From positions 224,001 through 288,000 of IMG/VR virus record IMGVR_UViG_3300005326_000040: 64,000 nt of DNA. One strand, given 5' to 3'. This stretch comes from a virus. Taxonomy: Duplodnaviria; Caudoviricetes. Below, piece by piece: positions 36,980-46,016 of the stretch. The notes below the pieces were generated by a model that saw nothing but the letters and a program-made list of their open reading frames with translations, did no database searches and was not told where the DNA came from. The first letter of the stretch is position 1, and each line of letters opens with the position of its first letter. Position numbers and translations under genes: made by a program.

Positions 36980-37975
36980 ATGACGACGAAATCAAAAATT
37001 CTTACTGGTATTTCTGTTACTTTTCTTATTTTGATTTTGATGTATATTATCAAGCTTCAATATGATGCTTTAGAACGGCAGAGACAAATCGAGCAAACTA
37101 TTATCAAATTTCAACAGCTTGAAGGCGGAATTGCTCGAATTGAAAGTCGCTTGGTAAAAGATAAAAGCGATCTTGAGTCTAGGTTACAAGACCTCGGCAT
37201 TAACGTCAAGGTAATTCAAGATGACTTGGATGCTTATGGCGCAAAACTAGAAAGCGTTTCAGTTGTTGTGGGTAGAACCGAAGGGTATATTCAAACAGCA
37301 ATTCCTAGTGACTGGCAGGAGCCATCAGAGGATCCTAAGGTTCCAGAGCAAAAAGATGAGACTTGTACCAGCAAGTATGGGTATTGTACTCATGCACAAG
37401 GACTCAATTTATATGAACAAGGGTTGGATGGCTCCAAGATTCCTTTTGGTGGCGTAAAGTTTAATGCAGCCGTCCAAAACCCTTGGGACATATCTGTGTT
37501 TCCGCGCAAATATTATTCTGTCATGACCATGGGCAAGGATAAATCAGGAAAAGTTATTGCTCATTCTCAAATGATGATCGAAGATAAAGATGGTAAGAAA
37601 TATAAGATTGGCGTGGATGAATCTTCATTTATCGAGACGGTTGCTGAAACGTCTCGAATGTATTGGTGGAACCCAAGGATTACCGCTGGATATAGTTTGG
37701 GTGTAGATTCGGACGTAAATATTGCTTCTAGTGTTGGTGCGCAATTTTTTGCATCCGCATATGCCTCTAATCGTTCCAGACCCAAATGGATGTTTATTGG
37801 GTTAGGCGCCGGTTATGATATCTCTTCGAGAAAACCAATTTTGACATTTTCTCCTTTCATGTATAATGTGTTTCCGTACAGCCAACTTGTGCAGAATCTT
37901 TATGTTGGACCGACGGTGGCTCTTTCTACTGCTGGTGCTGTAAGTGGAAATGCAACTGTTTCCGTATTATTCTGA
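36980..37975 (+). CDS. TM-anchored coiled-coil protein with beta-rich C-terminus
   Basis: N-terminal TM, heptads, amphipathic beta strands ending in Phe. Confidence 0.7.
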   Translation: MTTKSKILTGISVTFLILILMYIIKLQYDALERQRQIEQTIIKFQQLEGGIARIESRLVKDKSDLESRLQDLGINVKVIQDDLDAYGAKLESVSVVVGRTEGYIQTAIPSDWQEPSEDPKVPEQKDETCTSKYGYCTHAQGLNLYEQGLDGSKIPFGGVKFNAAVQNPWDISVFPRKYYSVMTMGKDKSGKVIAHSQMMIEDKDGKKYKIGVDESSFIETVAETSRMYWWNPRITAGYSLGVDSDVNIASSVGAQFFASAYASNRSRPKWMFIGLGAGYDISSRKPILTFSPFMYNVFPYSQLVQNLYVGPTVALSTAGAVSGNATVSVLF

Positions 37976-37988
37976 TTGTAGGTGAAAA

Positions 37989-38285
37989 ATGAATTACGTT
38001 TTATTTTTTTCTGGTGTAAGTTTGGGGATGCTTTTAGGGATATACATATTTTGGATGTTTACTGAGAGAAAGATAGAAGAAAAGAAAGAGCCGAATGCTA
38101 AAGTTCGAAAAATTTTGCGGCAGCTTGACGCTATTTATAGTAAAATATGGGAAGTGGATGACACGGTAAGAAGCGCGTCAAAAACATTATCCTCTGAGGA
38201 GTATAACTATATCTCCACGCGCGTAAGTTTTGTTAGAAGAGCTATTTTAGATAGTATAGACCAAATTGAAAAGAGAGAAAAATGA
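37989..38285 (+). CDS. membrane-anchored protein (tandem paralog 1)
   Basis: TM + KEPN..VRK.LR.LD...SK. Confidence 0.65.
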   Translation: MNYVLFFSGVSLGMLLGIYIFWMFTERKIEEKKEPNAKVRKILRQLDAIYSKIWEVDDTVRSASKTLSSEEYNYISTRVSFVRRAILDSIDQIEKREK

Positions 38286-38596
38286 TTATTGCAATTTTTT
38301 GTATTGGGTGTATTGTTGGCGTATTTGCCACAATTATGATGTCAATATTTATTGAAGCCCGAAAAAAAGCAATACAAAAAGAGCCCAACCCATATGTTCG
38401 CAAGGCTTTGCGAGAATTAGATTCTTCTTTGAGCAAAGTGAATGCAGCTTACAACGTCATATTAAATTGTAGTTTTGGAGCAAAGTATTATCAGCGCAAT
38501 GATATGCTTGAACAATTGGATTCCTGTTACAAAAATATTCAGGATACAATCAAGCAAATTGAAGAGAGGGAAAACGAGGAAAAGAATGACGCTTGA
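38282..38596 (+). CDS. membrane-anchored protein (tandem paralog 2)
   Basis: TM + KEPN..VRK.LR.LD...SK. Confidence 0.65.
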   Translation: MIIAIFCIGCIVGVFATIMMSIFIEARKKAIQKEPNPYVRKALRELDSSLSKVNAAYNVILNCSFGAKYYQRNDMLEQLDSCYKNIQDTIKQIEERENEEKNDA

Positions 38597-38813
38597 TGGT
38601 ATGCCTTGTTGTCGGTCTAATACTTTGGTATATCTTATGGAGGGCACCATGCGGCAACTTGAACTAGAGTTAACAATCGAGGACGTTCCGCAAGTAGAGG
38701 AGAAGAAAGATGACGAAGTCAACAGAGGATGTTGTGTACTTAACGTTTGTGACTCTAATGACAATTTCATTGTGGACATCCTTGTTACACATGATATTAA
38801 CTTAAAAGATTAA
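38586..38813 (+). CDS. hypothetical protein
   Basis: Start uncertain (38586 or 38649). Confidence 0.45.
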   Translation: MTLDGMPCCRSNTLVYLMEGTMRQLELELTIEDVPQVEEKKDDEVNRGCCVLNVCDSNDNFIVDILVTHDINLKD

Positions 38814-38814
38814 G

Positions 38815-39039
38815 ATGATTTGCGCCGAATGTAACAAGTTAGCGAAAAATTCAAAACCGCATATTTGTAAGCGGTGTTCTCGTATGGTTTCTTTTAAAGA
38901 ACAACAAATTTGTGAAGTCTGTTCTGTTACAACTCAAAGCTGTTGTGTATGTGGTCGCAATATGGTTACAAAAGGAAGTGAAGACCCTAACCATCCATTT
39001 TTTAGTTCGTCGGGTCGATGTAAGTCCTGTGGTAATTAA
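38815..39039 (+). CDS. Cys-rich zinc-binding protein
   Basis: Five CxxC-type pairs. Confidence 0.65.
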   Translation: MICAECNKLAKNSKPHICKRCSRMVSFKEQQICEVCSVTTQSCCVCGRNMVTKGSEDPNHPFFSSSGRCKSCGN

Positions 39040-39056
39040 GAATTGTCGTAGGAGAA

Positions 39057-39605
39057 TTGACTATGGACAGCTGGATAGATAAATTAGCTAAGTGGTTTTT
39101 TCCTGATGTGCCAATGCGTTGGGCTTATGTAATTGTTAATGACGATGTAATGCATTGTCTTTTAACCAAGAGAGTTCCTGAAAATCGAGGGTATTACATT
39201 ACAGACGAAGACTTATGGTATTGTGACGAACTTAGACGTTGCGTTGGTAAAAATGAAAAGTTTTTTGAAACACAATCCGAAGCAATAGAAGTTCTGATAC
39301 AACAACTTGAATCAAAAATAAATCGCGCTCAACAGTTTATTTTGGAAAAAACTGATTATGTTGAGTTTTTGAAGCGCAGACTAAAGCTTGCAAAAGCAAA
39401 TGAAGCCTTAGAATTGCTTGAGAAGAAAACTGGTGAAGAGGTAGCAGAGCGGTTAGGTAAGTATCTTATACTAGAGAACGCTGTTAAGCAACTTAGGCTT
39501 ATTAACTCTTCTCAAGAAACTCATGAGGAGGATTCGATTCTTGAAGAAATGGATATTCTGTGGAATGAGATGACTGAAGAAGAAAGAGCTAAAGCAAATA
39601 GATGA
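39057..39605 (+). CDS. hypothetical protein
   Basis: AGGAG RBS. Confidence 0.6.
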   Translation: MTMDSWIDKLAKWFFPDVPMRWAYVIVNDDVMHCLLTKRVPENRGYYITDEDLWYCDELRRCVGKNEKFFETQSEAIEVLIQQLESKINRAQQFILEKTDYVEFLKRRLKLAKANEALELLEKKTGEEVAERLGKYLILENAVKQLRLINSSQETHEEDSILEEMDILWNEMTEEERAKANR

Positions 39606-40129
39606 TTATTACAGATACATCTTTTCTTCAAGATATTTGCGATCCAATTTCCTCATCAGAGGAAGAGCGCGATATTATTTCTAAACTTGAGCAAGAACTT
39701 GAAATTTCTAATAAGGCCGGATCTTTTGGGATAGGTTTGGCTGCGCCTCAAATTGGAATTAAAAAACGAGCGGCTATTGTTCGAATTGGCCCAGCGGCAA
39801 CAATCAATCTTATCAACTCTGTAATTGTAGATAAGAATGGCTCGGCGTTTTCACAAGAATCATGCTTATCTCTTCCTACAAAATCTGTTGTCGTGCAGAG
39901 AAGTTCTGATATCTTAATTGAAAACAACAGCTTCGGTATCAAGCAAAAATTTGCGGCATATGGGCTCGCTGCCATCTGTATTCAGCATGAAATGGACCAT
40001 TGGGATGGAATTTTGATTGTTGATAGGGCAATAGAAAAGCATACAGAGAGCGTTAGCGCCACGCCTAACTTACCTTGTCCATGTGGGAGTGGTAAAAAGG
40101 CAAGAAAATGTTGCAAAAAGGTGAAATAA
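39602..40129 (+). CDS. def: peptide deformylase with C-terminal SEC-C motif
   Basis: GIGLAAPQIG, ESCLS, QHEMDHWDG; CPCGSGKKARKCC. Confidence 0.92.
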   Translation: MIITDTSFLQDICDPISSSEEERDIISKLEQELEISNKAGSFGIGLAAPQIGIKKRAAIVRIGPAATINLINSVIVDKNGSAFSQESCLSLPTKSVVVQRSSDILIENNSFGIKQKFAAYGLAAICIQHEMDHWDGILIVDRAIEKHTESVSATPNLPCPCGSGKKARKCCKKVK

Positions 40130-40371
40130 TGTCAATGACCGTGAAGGAAATGTCGGAGTTTATCAAAATGCAAGAAACCGTGATGGGTTTATTGCTAAGA
40201 GTAAGTGCTCTTGAATTGATCTTAAAGGAAAAAGGCGTTCTTACGGACGAACTTTTTTCAGTTAAAATCAAAGAAATTGGTGAAACAGTCGTCACCAGAA
40301 CCAAAGAGATGATGGCTGCTAAAGAACTTGAAGCAAAGAATAATGAGCAGGTTGGAGCAACTAACATCTAA
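40129..40371 (+). CDS. hypothetical protein
   Basis: Coupled to def stop. Confidence 0.6.
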   Translation: MSMTVKEMSEFIKMQETVMGLLLRVSALELILKEKGVLTDELFSVKIKEIGETVVTRTKEMMAAKELEAKNNEQVGATNI

Positions 40372-40387
40372 AGAGTAACAGGATAAA

Positions 40388-40672
40388 ATGGAACAAGTAG
40401 AATTTGCAGGATTGGTTGTTTTGAAATTCTATTCGGATACGTGCGCTCCTTGTAAGCGTATTGTAACCATTATTAAAAAAATGCAGGAAGAATTTCAGTC
40501 AGTTAAGATATATAATGTCGATATTGAAGAAGATTATCAGCTAGCTAAAAGGTTTAGCGTCAAGTCTGTTCCTACTCTTGTTTTCTTGAATGGAGAAAAA
40601 GAACAAAGCAGAATTGACGGACTGGCAAATACTGAAACAATTCGAAAATCATTCAAGGCACTGGTAGGTTAA
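40388..40672 (+). CDS. thioredoxin-like protein
   Basis: FYSDTCAPC, SVPTL. Confidence 0.9.
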   Translation: MEQVEFAGLVVLKFYSDTCAPCKRIVTIIKKMQEEFQSVKIYNVDIEEDYQLAKRFSVKSVPTLVFLNGEKEQSRIDGLANTETIRKSFKALVG

Positions 40673-40686
40673 GGAGAAATTAGATT

Positions 40687-41286
40687 ATGACAACAAAGAA
40701 AGTTCCCGCGAAGAAGACTGTAAAAAAGACCGCAAAGAAGGCAACAACCCCTAAGAAGGCAGCTTCAAAGAAGCCTTCAGTAAAGAAGGCTACGAAACAG
40801 TCAGGCACAGACCTTAAGAAGGTGGCTAAGGTTGTCAAGGCTATAAAGGCGGCTACTGCACCAAAGAAGCCGCGCGTTAGCCCTCCTGTTGATGTTGAGC
40901 TTCTAGCGGATACAGGCGAAGTAAATTATGTAGCGCCAAAGAAGGCGACAGCAGAAGACTTGCTTAATCCAGACCAGCGGAAGTGGTGGGATGATATCAA
41001 GGGTCATCGTCTTGATCTTTTTGGTTTACCAGAGCAGTACATTGGGGCTTTTGCTTCGCCTCTTAACTTAGATTCGAAGGCTCTTTATTTGACAGTCAAA
41101 GCTCCAGCAGCTGTTCCTGCAATTGAAGAGTTTGTTGCGGGTTATACGATGGTAGATAGGCAGACTAGGGTACGTGTTCCAAAGTATACTATGAAGATGA
41201 GCAACAAGTATATTGTTATCAAGCCAGCCAAGGGAAGCATTCAGAAGGTTGGAAATAAGATGATGTTTGTTGCTGATGAGGATTGA
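40687..41286 (+). CDS. protein with histone H1-like Lys/Ala/Pro-rich N-terminus
   Basis: KKVPAKKTVKKTAKKATTPKKAASKK. Confidence 0.75.
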   Translation: MTTKKVPAKKTVKKTAKKATTPKKAASKKPSVKKATKQSGTDLKKVAKVVKAIKAATAPKKPRVSPPVDVELLADTGEVNYVAPKKATAEDLLNPDQRKWWDDIKGHRLDLFGLPEQYIGAFASPLNLDSKALYLTVKAPAAVPAIEEFVAGYTMVDRQTRVRVPKYTMKMSNKYIVIKPAKGSIQKVGNKMMFVADED

Positions 41287-41339
41287 ATTAAGCATTCTGT
41301 TAGAAACTTAACAGATTTGGAATAAACTCTTGAGATAAA

Positions 41340-41741
41340 ATGCAAGATGATGGGAGCCTGTTGTATCTTATACTTGGTTGCTGGGGACGAAACGATGAAG
41401 GATTTGTAAGCTGTCCTTCTGTCTCCAATCCCATCCTACATGTTCACAAAGACCTCCAAGATTATCAAGACATTTCTAGATACCTGAAATCAGTTGGTTT
41501 AGCTGATAAACGCGTTTTAGATTATAATGCGGTGCGCAATATTGTTTATACTATTCAAAGAGACTATCGAATGAAAGGACCGCAATCCTTTTGGACTGAA
41601 CGTCAATTTAGAATAATAGAAAACTTTACGCTTGTTCATAAACCATGTGGGATTTATCTTGCCTTAGACTTTATTCTTCCTGCCCAAGTGCCAAAACCGA
41701 AAGAAGAGCGCAGCGTAGTAATTATGCCTACGAAATTCTAA
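41340..41741 (+). CDS. hypothetical protein
   Basis: 133-aa ORF. Confidence 0.65.
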   Translation: MQDDGSLLYLILGCWGRNDEGFVSCPSVSNPILHVHKDLQDYQDISRYLKSVGLADKRVLDYNAVRNIVYTIQRDYRMKGPQSFWTERQFRIIENFTLVHKPCGIYLALDFILPAQVPKPKEERSVVIMPTKF

Positions 41742-41793
41742 AACTCTAAAGCAACCAATAATCTCGAATCAATATACATTAATTGGAGTTAAA

Positions 41794-44142
41794 ATGGGAT
41801 TCGAATCGTTGATAAATGTGTTTAAAGCTCTTAGAGGAGTAGGTAAAGGCGCTGACGTTGCAGTTGACGCAGCCAAAGGTGTTAAGCAAATTTCTCTTAC
41901 ACAAAAGGCTTTATCAGCTGGAGGCGATCTTTTTAAGGCTACCAACAAAATTAATTTCTTGGGCAAGACAGAAAAAGTTGAAACTGCCGCCAGAGCTATT
42001 GCTAAAAATACAGAAGAGCTTGCTGTAAAGCTGTCTTTGAATCGTCTTCCTGATTCAACCATTGTAAATTATACTAAGGGGCTTGGGTATTTCCAAGATG
42101 CTACAAATCTTTCAGTAAAAGCAGAACCAGCCGTATTGATGAGAGGTTATCTTGAAGGAGTGCAAGAGACTCCGGAGCTTCTTTCTAAGGCCAAAGAATT
42201 TGCTGCTGTTGGACGTGAATCAAATCTAAAAGTTTTGCATAGCATTGACCCGAAGCTTACGCCTGAGACGGCTGCGAAAATGTCTGACTTAGAAATCATG
42301 AAAGAGGTGTTTTCAAGTCTTCCTTCTGGTAGCCAAACTAGAATTCTAGAACAATTTGAATCAACCGTTTTGGTAGGTTCAAAACTAAAAAACGCAGAAA
42401 ATGCGGCTAATCTTGGAGCAAAAGTTCAAGGAAAACTAGCGGATTTAGGCAAAAGGCAAGGTAATTTTCTTACAGAACTTAAGAAAACCATTGATAAAAG
42501 TAACTTGGATGATGAAACTAGGAAGTTAATTGATGACGCCTTGAAAGGGTCAGAATCAAATAAGTTTTCAGTTGCTATTGGTTACTTAAAGAAAGACAAG
42601 TTCATTGCCGAAGAAATTACTAATCTTACATCTAAGGCAAAAGAAATTGAAAAGGGCATAGAAGAGTCTGAAGAGTTACTAAGGCGGCTTGGAAAAGATA
42701 GGTTAATCAATACTGTAAATTCAAAAACGTTTATCACAACAGTAAGGGATTTGCAGTATTTATCAACACCAAGTCTTTTTAAAGCAGTTACTACGACGCA
42801 AGGAATGGCAGGTTTGGCTGCTCTTGTGGCGGCTCCAGCTTTCGCAGCAATATATGGAACAACTGTATCAAAAGCAATTGATATCAAAGACACAGCGAAA
42901 GCTTGTAAAGACCAGATAGTAGACTTGAGAACAGATGATGATTCGGTTAAAGGTAAAACGTGGAATAGTACCGTTGATGACGTGACGGCTTCTTTGTCTG
43001 CGCTTGAGTCTGTTGACCTTGGAAAGTATCAGCACGCTTCGCTTTCTAATTTGAATGAACAACAAGCGAGTTTGCTATATGACGGTTTGTCTGATGTTGT
43101 GCAAAGAGTAGAAACTGTACGCACAGGTTTCGAGAAGCTATCTAAACCAGATTTCTATAGCGCATATACTCATCAAGGCCAATCTACCTCTCAGGCTGTA
43201 GGAGAGTTTGTTGATAAAAACAATCCTCTTTCATCTTTTACAGGAAATGTCACTGCCGCAAACAATTTAAAGCAACTTGGTTCAAAAGGTTTGCAAGAGG
43301 TTGGTTCTCTTTATCAAGAACTAGAACCTAGAGCTATGGAGCTTGCGGCTCGTAAAGAACCCGAAAAGATTGCTTCTGCCGATAAGATTACGGAAGATTA
43401 TATCAAATGTTTTGCCGCATTACAAGAGGCTTTCAATTATCGCGACATTGATAGCTTGACCGTGAAGCTTGGGACTAAGAAGACAATAACAAAACAAGCA
43501 GGCTTACCATTAGCTGCAATTGGTTCAACTTTATTAACCGTTCTCACAGTCTTGGATTTGGTAACAGAGGGCGTAAACTTGGTTATCAAGTCTTATGTAA
43601 GGCTATCTAGCGGATGGAATGATCTTTCCAAAATGATTGGGGATATTGTTTCTACTCTAGATGAATTTGCAAGTGCTGAAGCGAAAGACAACGACTCAAA
43701 AGCTTTTATTGACCTTACTAAAAAGGTTTCTATTAACCTGAAAAAACAGGCGGAAGTAGTGAAGAGCAATTTCCCCGTTGACTTACAAAAAACCTTTGAA
43801 ACAGGTGTGTCTGCTGAAGATGAGCAAAAAGTTAAACAAACGCTTCAGGAAATGGTATCAAGTCAAACAAAGTATCAAGCTATTAGTCAGGCTCTAGATT
43901 CTATAAACGAGTCTTTCAATGGGCTGCTTTCTAATGAATATTATCAAGAATTTGACAAAACCATAGAAAGTAAAACACATTCTGTGATGGAAGTGTTTGA
44001 TGAATTTTTTACGCTATTTTCTGGAGAAGGAACTATTTCTGATTTCGGGCGCATGAAATATAGAATTTCACGGGCTCAAGCTCAAATCAATGTTTTGAAA
44101 AAGGAAATCGAGAAGATTCATTCAACAACCGTCAAAAAATAA
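41794..44142 (+). CDS. large alpha-helical protein (possible virion/ejection protein)
   Basis: 782 aa, Ala/Lys-rich, two weakly hydrophobic Ala/Gly segments; GGAG RBS. Confidence 0.7.
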   Translation: MGFESLINVFKALRGVGKGADVAVDAAKGVKQISLTQKALSAGGDLFKATNKINFLGKTEKVETAARAIAKNTEELAVKLSLNRLPDSTIVNYTKGLGYFQDATNLSVKAEPAVLMRGYLEGVQETPELLSKAKEFAAVGRESNLKVLHSIDPKLTPETAAKMSDLEIMKEVFSSLPSGSQTRILEQFESTVLVGSKLKNAENAANLGAKVQGKLADLGKRQGNFLTELKKTIDKSNLDDETRKLIDDALKGSESNKFSVAIGYLKKDKFIAEEITNLTSKAKEIEKGIEESEELLRRLGKDRLINTVNSKTFITTVRDLQYLSTPSLFKAVTTTQGMAGLAALVAAPAFAAIYGTTVSKAIDIKDTAKACKDQIVDLRTDDDSVKGKTWNSTVDDVTASLSALESVDLGKYQHASLSNLNEQQASLLYDGLSDVVQRVETVRTGFEKLSKPDFYSAYTHQGQSTSQAVGEFVDKNNPLSSFTGNVTAANNLKQLGSKGLQEVGSLYQELEPRAMELAARKEPEKIASADKITEDYIKCFAALQEAFNYRDIDSLTVKLGTKKTITKQAGLPLAAIGSTLLTVLTVLDLVTEGVNLVIKSYVRLSSGWNDLSKMIGDIVSTLDEFASAEAKDNDSKAFIDLTKKVSINLKKQAEVVKSNFPVDLQKTFETGVSAEDEQKVKQTLQEMVSSQTKYQAISQALDSINESFNGLLSNEYYQEFDKTIESKTHSVMEVFDEFFTLFSGEGTISDFGRMKYRISRAQAQINVLKKEIEKIHSTTVKK

Positions 44143-44143
44143 C

Positions 44144-44737
44144 TTATCCCCCTTCGGTTCCAGTTAATCTTTGTTTCAGTAAGTATACATGTTCCTCGTG
44201 CTTACTGGCGATACTCATGATCATATCATCAACGCCAAGAGTTAGACTTCCGTCTTCTTTCAGAGCGTTGTACACTTCTTTTGCGAGGTCAAGGAAGGCT
44301 TCTTCCGCAATTAAGGAACGTTTGGCTAGGCCAGCGGCGCCGTTAGCTTCAATTTTGTTGATATCATCAACGAAAGCCATGGTAGCTTGGCAATGGGACG
44401 CTAACGAAATAAAAGAAAGACCGTAGACTCCAATTGTTTTTTCTGCAACAGTATCGATATGTTCTGTTACAGCAGAATATAGTCTATCGTAGAGTAGATG
44501 GTCGCCATAATATGTGTTGCTTTTTGTAGTCCAATGGGCAACTTGATGAATAATAGCTAGTCCTCTTAGAACAGAAGCCATAGTGGCTAATCGTGCGCCT
44601 GCATCATCCTTGTTTTGAGGCTCTTGTCTATCTTCGGTGTTTACGTCATTATCTTCGTCTTCATCTTTTATTTCATCTAATTCTTCTGAGTCAATTTTTT
44701 TTTCGAATTCTTGGGCGAGTTTATAAAGTCTATCCAT
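44144..44737 (-). CDS. Dps/ferritin-like protein
   Basis: HQVAHW..K...Y.DH.LYD.LY....EHID..AE, EE..L..K.E...Y.L. Confidence 0.8.
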   Translation of the reverse strand: MDRLYKLAQEFEKKIDSEELDEIKDEDEDNDVNTEDRQEPQNKDDAGARLATMASVLRGLAIIHQVAHWTTKSNTYYGDHLLYDRLYSAVTEHIDTVAEKTIGVYGLSFISLASHCQATMAFVDDINKIEANGAAGLAKRSLIAEEAFLDLAKEVYNALKEDGSLTLGVDDMIMSIASKHEEHVYLLKQRLTGTEGG

Positions 44738-44821
44738 AATTTCTCCTGTCCTTGAATATAGTACAAATTATTGGTTGTCTAGCGATACAACGAATATCGC
44801 GCTATATAATAAGGTGAACCT

Positions 44822-45427
44822 ATGATTAAGACTTGTGTATCTAAAAGTTTGTTTATGCGCCTTGCTGCTTCAGCAGAAGAGGCTGATATTCGTGGCGATT
44901 CTGAAACTGCTCAGGAATATACTGATCTCGTAGAAGATCTTGTTGAAAACAAAGCGGTTTTGGATGATAAGGAATTTGTAAATGAAAAGATGCCTGACTT
45001 GCAGAAGCAGGTTTCGCACCTTGTAAGAAAAGCTTTTATGGCAATTTTTAGCAATTATGGTGTTTTTCCTGATCCTCGCGAAGAAAAAGAATTAGTGAAA
45101 GCAATTACTGGCGAAATATTTGAAATGACGGATTCCTATTATAATCCAGATCATTTCGAAAAAACACCTGGGCAACAGGAAAATAGCGGCGAAGTGTCCT
45201 TAGATGGTGATGATATTGATTTTGCTATTCCTGAAGAGTCTGGGGGACACCATGCGGTTGTAACACTAGATGACGACGGCAAAGAGGACGACGGCGAAGA
45301 GGGCGAAATCGTTATAGAAGGCGACGATGAACCTAAGTCCGGCAAAGGTTCAAATCAATTTATCGACGATGAAAAAGAAGATAATGATGAAGAAACCAAC
45401 GCGGTTAAAAATAGACTAGGAAAATAA
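44822..45427 (+). CDS. acidic hypothetical protein
   Basis: 201-aa ORF, D/E-rich tail. Confidence 0.7.
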   Translation: MIKTCVSKSLFMRLAASAEEADIRGDSETAQEYTDLVEDLVENKAVLDDKEFVNEKMPDLQKQVSHLVRKAFMAIFSNYGVFPDPREEKELVKAITGEIFEMTDSYYNPDHFEKTPGQQENSGEVSLDGDDIDFAIPEESGGHHAVVTLDDDGKEDDGEEGEIVIEGDDEPKSGKGSNQFIDDEKEDNDEETNAVKNRLGK

Positions 45428-45433
45428 GGAAAA

Positions 45434-45964
45434 ATGGTAAGTTCACTGAAAGCTCTTATGGACAGCCGAAAGGCTGCTTCAGCACCCCAAGCATCACAAC
45501 AACAAACTCGAACTCATGGTTTTGACGATGATTCGGAGTACGTTTCCAAAAAAGGCGTTCGTCTTGATAATACTAAATCAAATGTGCCAAAGGCGCCACC
45601 TAAGTCCGAAGATTTTCGGAACAAGGTGAACGAAATTATCAATGAAGAGAATGAAGAAAAGCGTGTTGGATTTGAATTAACTAAAAAATATCTTGACACG
45701 CTTAGAAATAAAAGTTTGGACCAAACAAAAACTCAAGAGCAAAGAGATCAAGAAATTTCTGCTGTGAAGGATTTGATTGATTTTGCGCGTCTTATCAATA
45801 GCAGCCCGCGTCATGAAGAGGACGACCTTGGTACAATTGCTGTTTTGATTACTTTGGCAAAAGCTTTATTGGTTCAACGTGATCGAATAAACGAACTCGA
45901 TTTTATGTGTTCCAACCTTAAGAAAGAAATTGTTCGTTTAAACGCCGAACGCACTCAAAAATAA
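45434..45964 (+). CDS. hypothetical protein
   Basis: AAGGA RBS. Confidence 0.7.
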   Translation: MVSSLKALMDSRKAASAPQASQQQTRTHGFDDDSEYVSKKGVRLDNTKSNVPKAPPKSEDFRNKVNEIINEENEEKRVGFELTKKYLDTLRNKSLDQTKTQEQRDQEISAVKDLIDFARLINSSPRHEEDDLGTIAVLITLAKALLVQRDRINELDFMCSNLKKEIVRLNAERTQK

Positions 45965-46016
45965 TCATACTATTTCGTCGAGTTGACGCTTGGGTTACTG
46001 ATATTATTCCTCAGTA

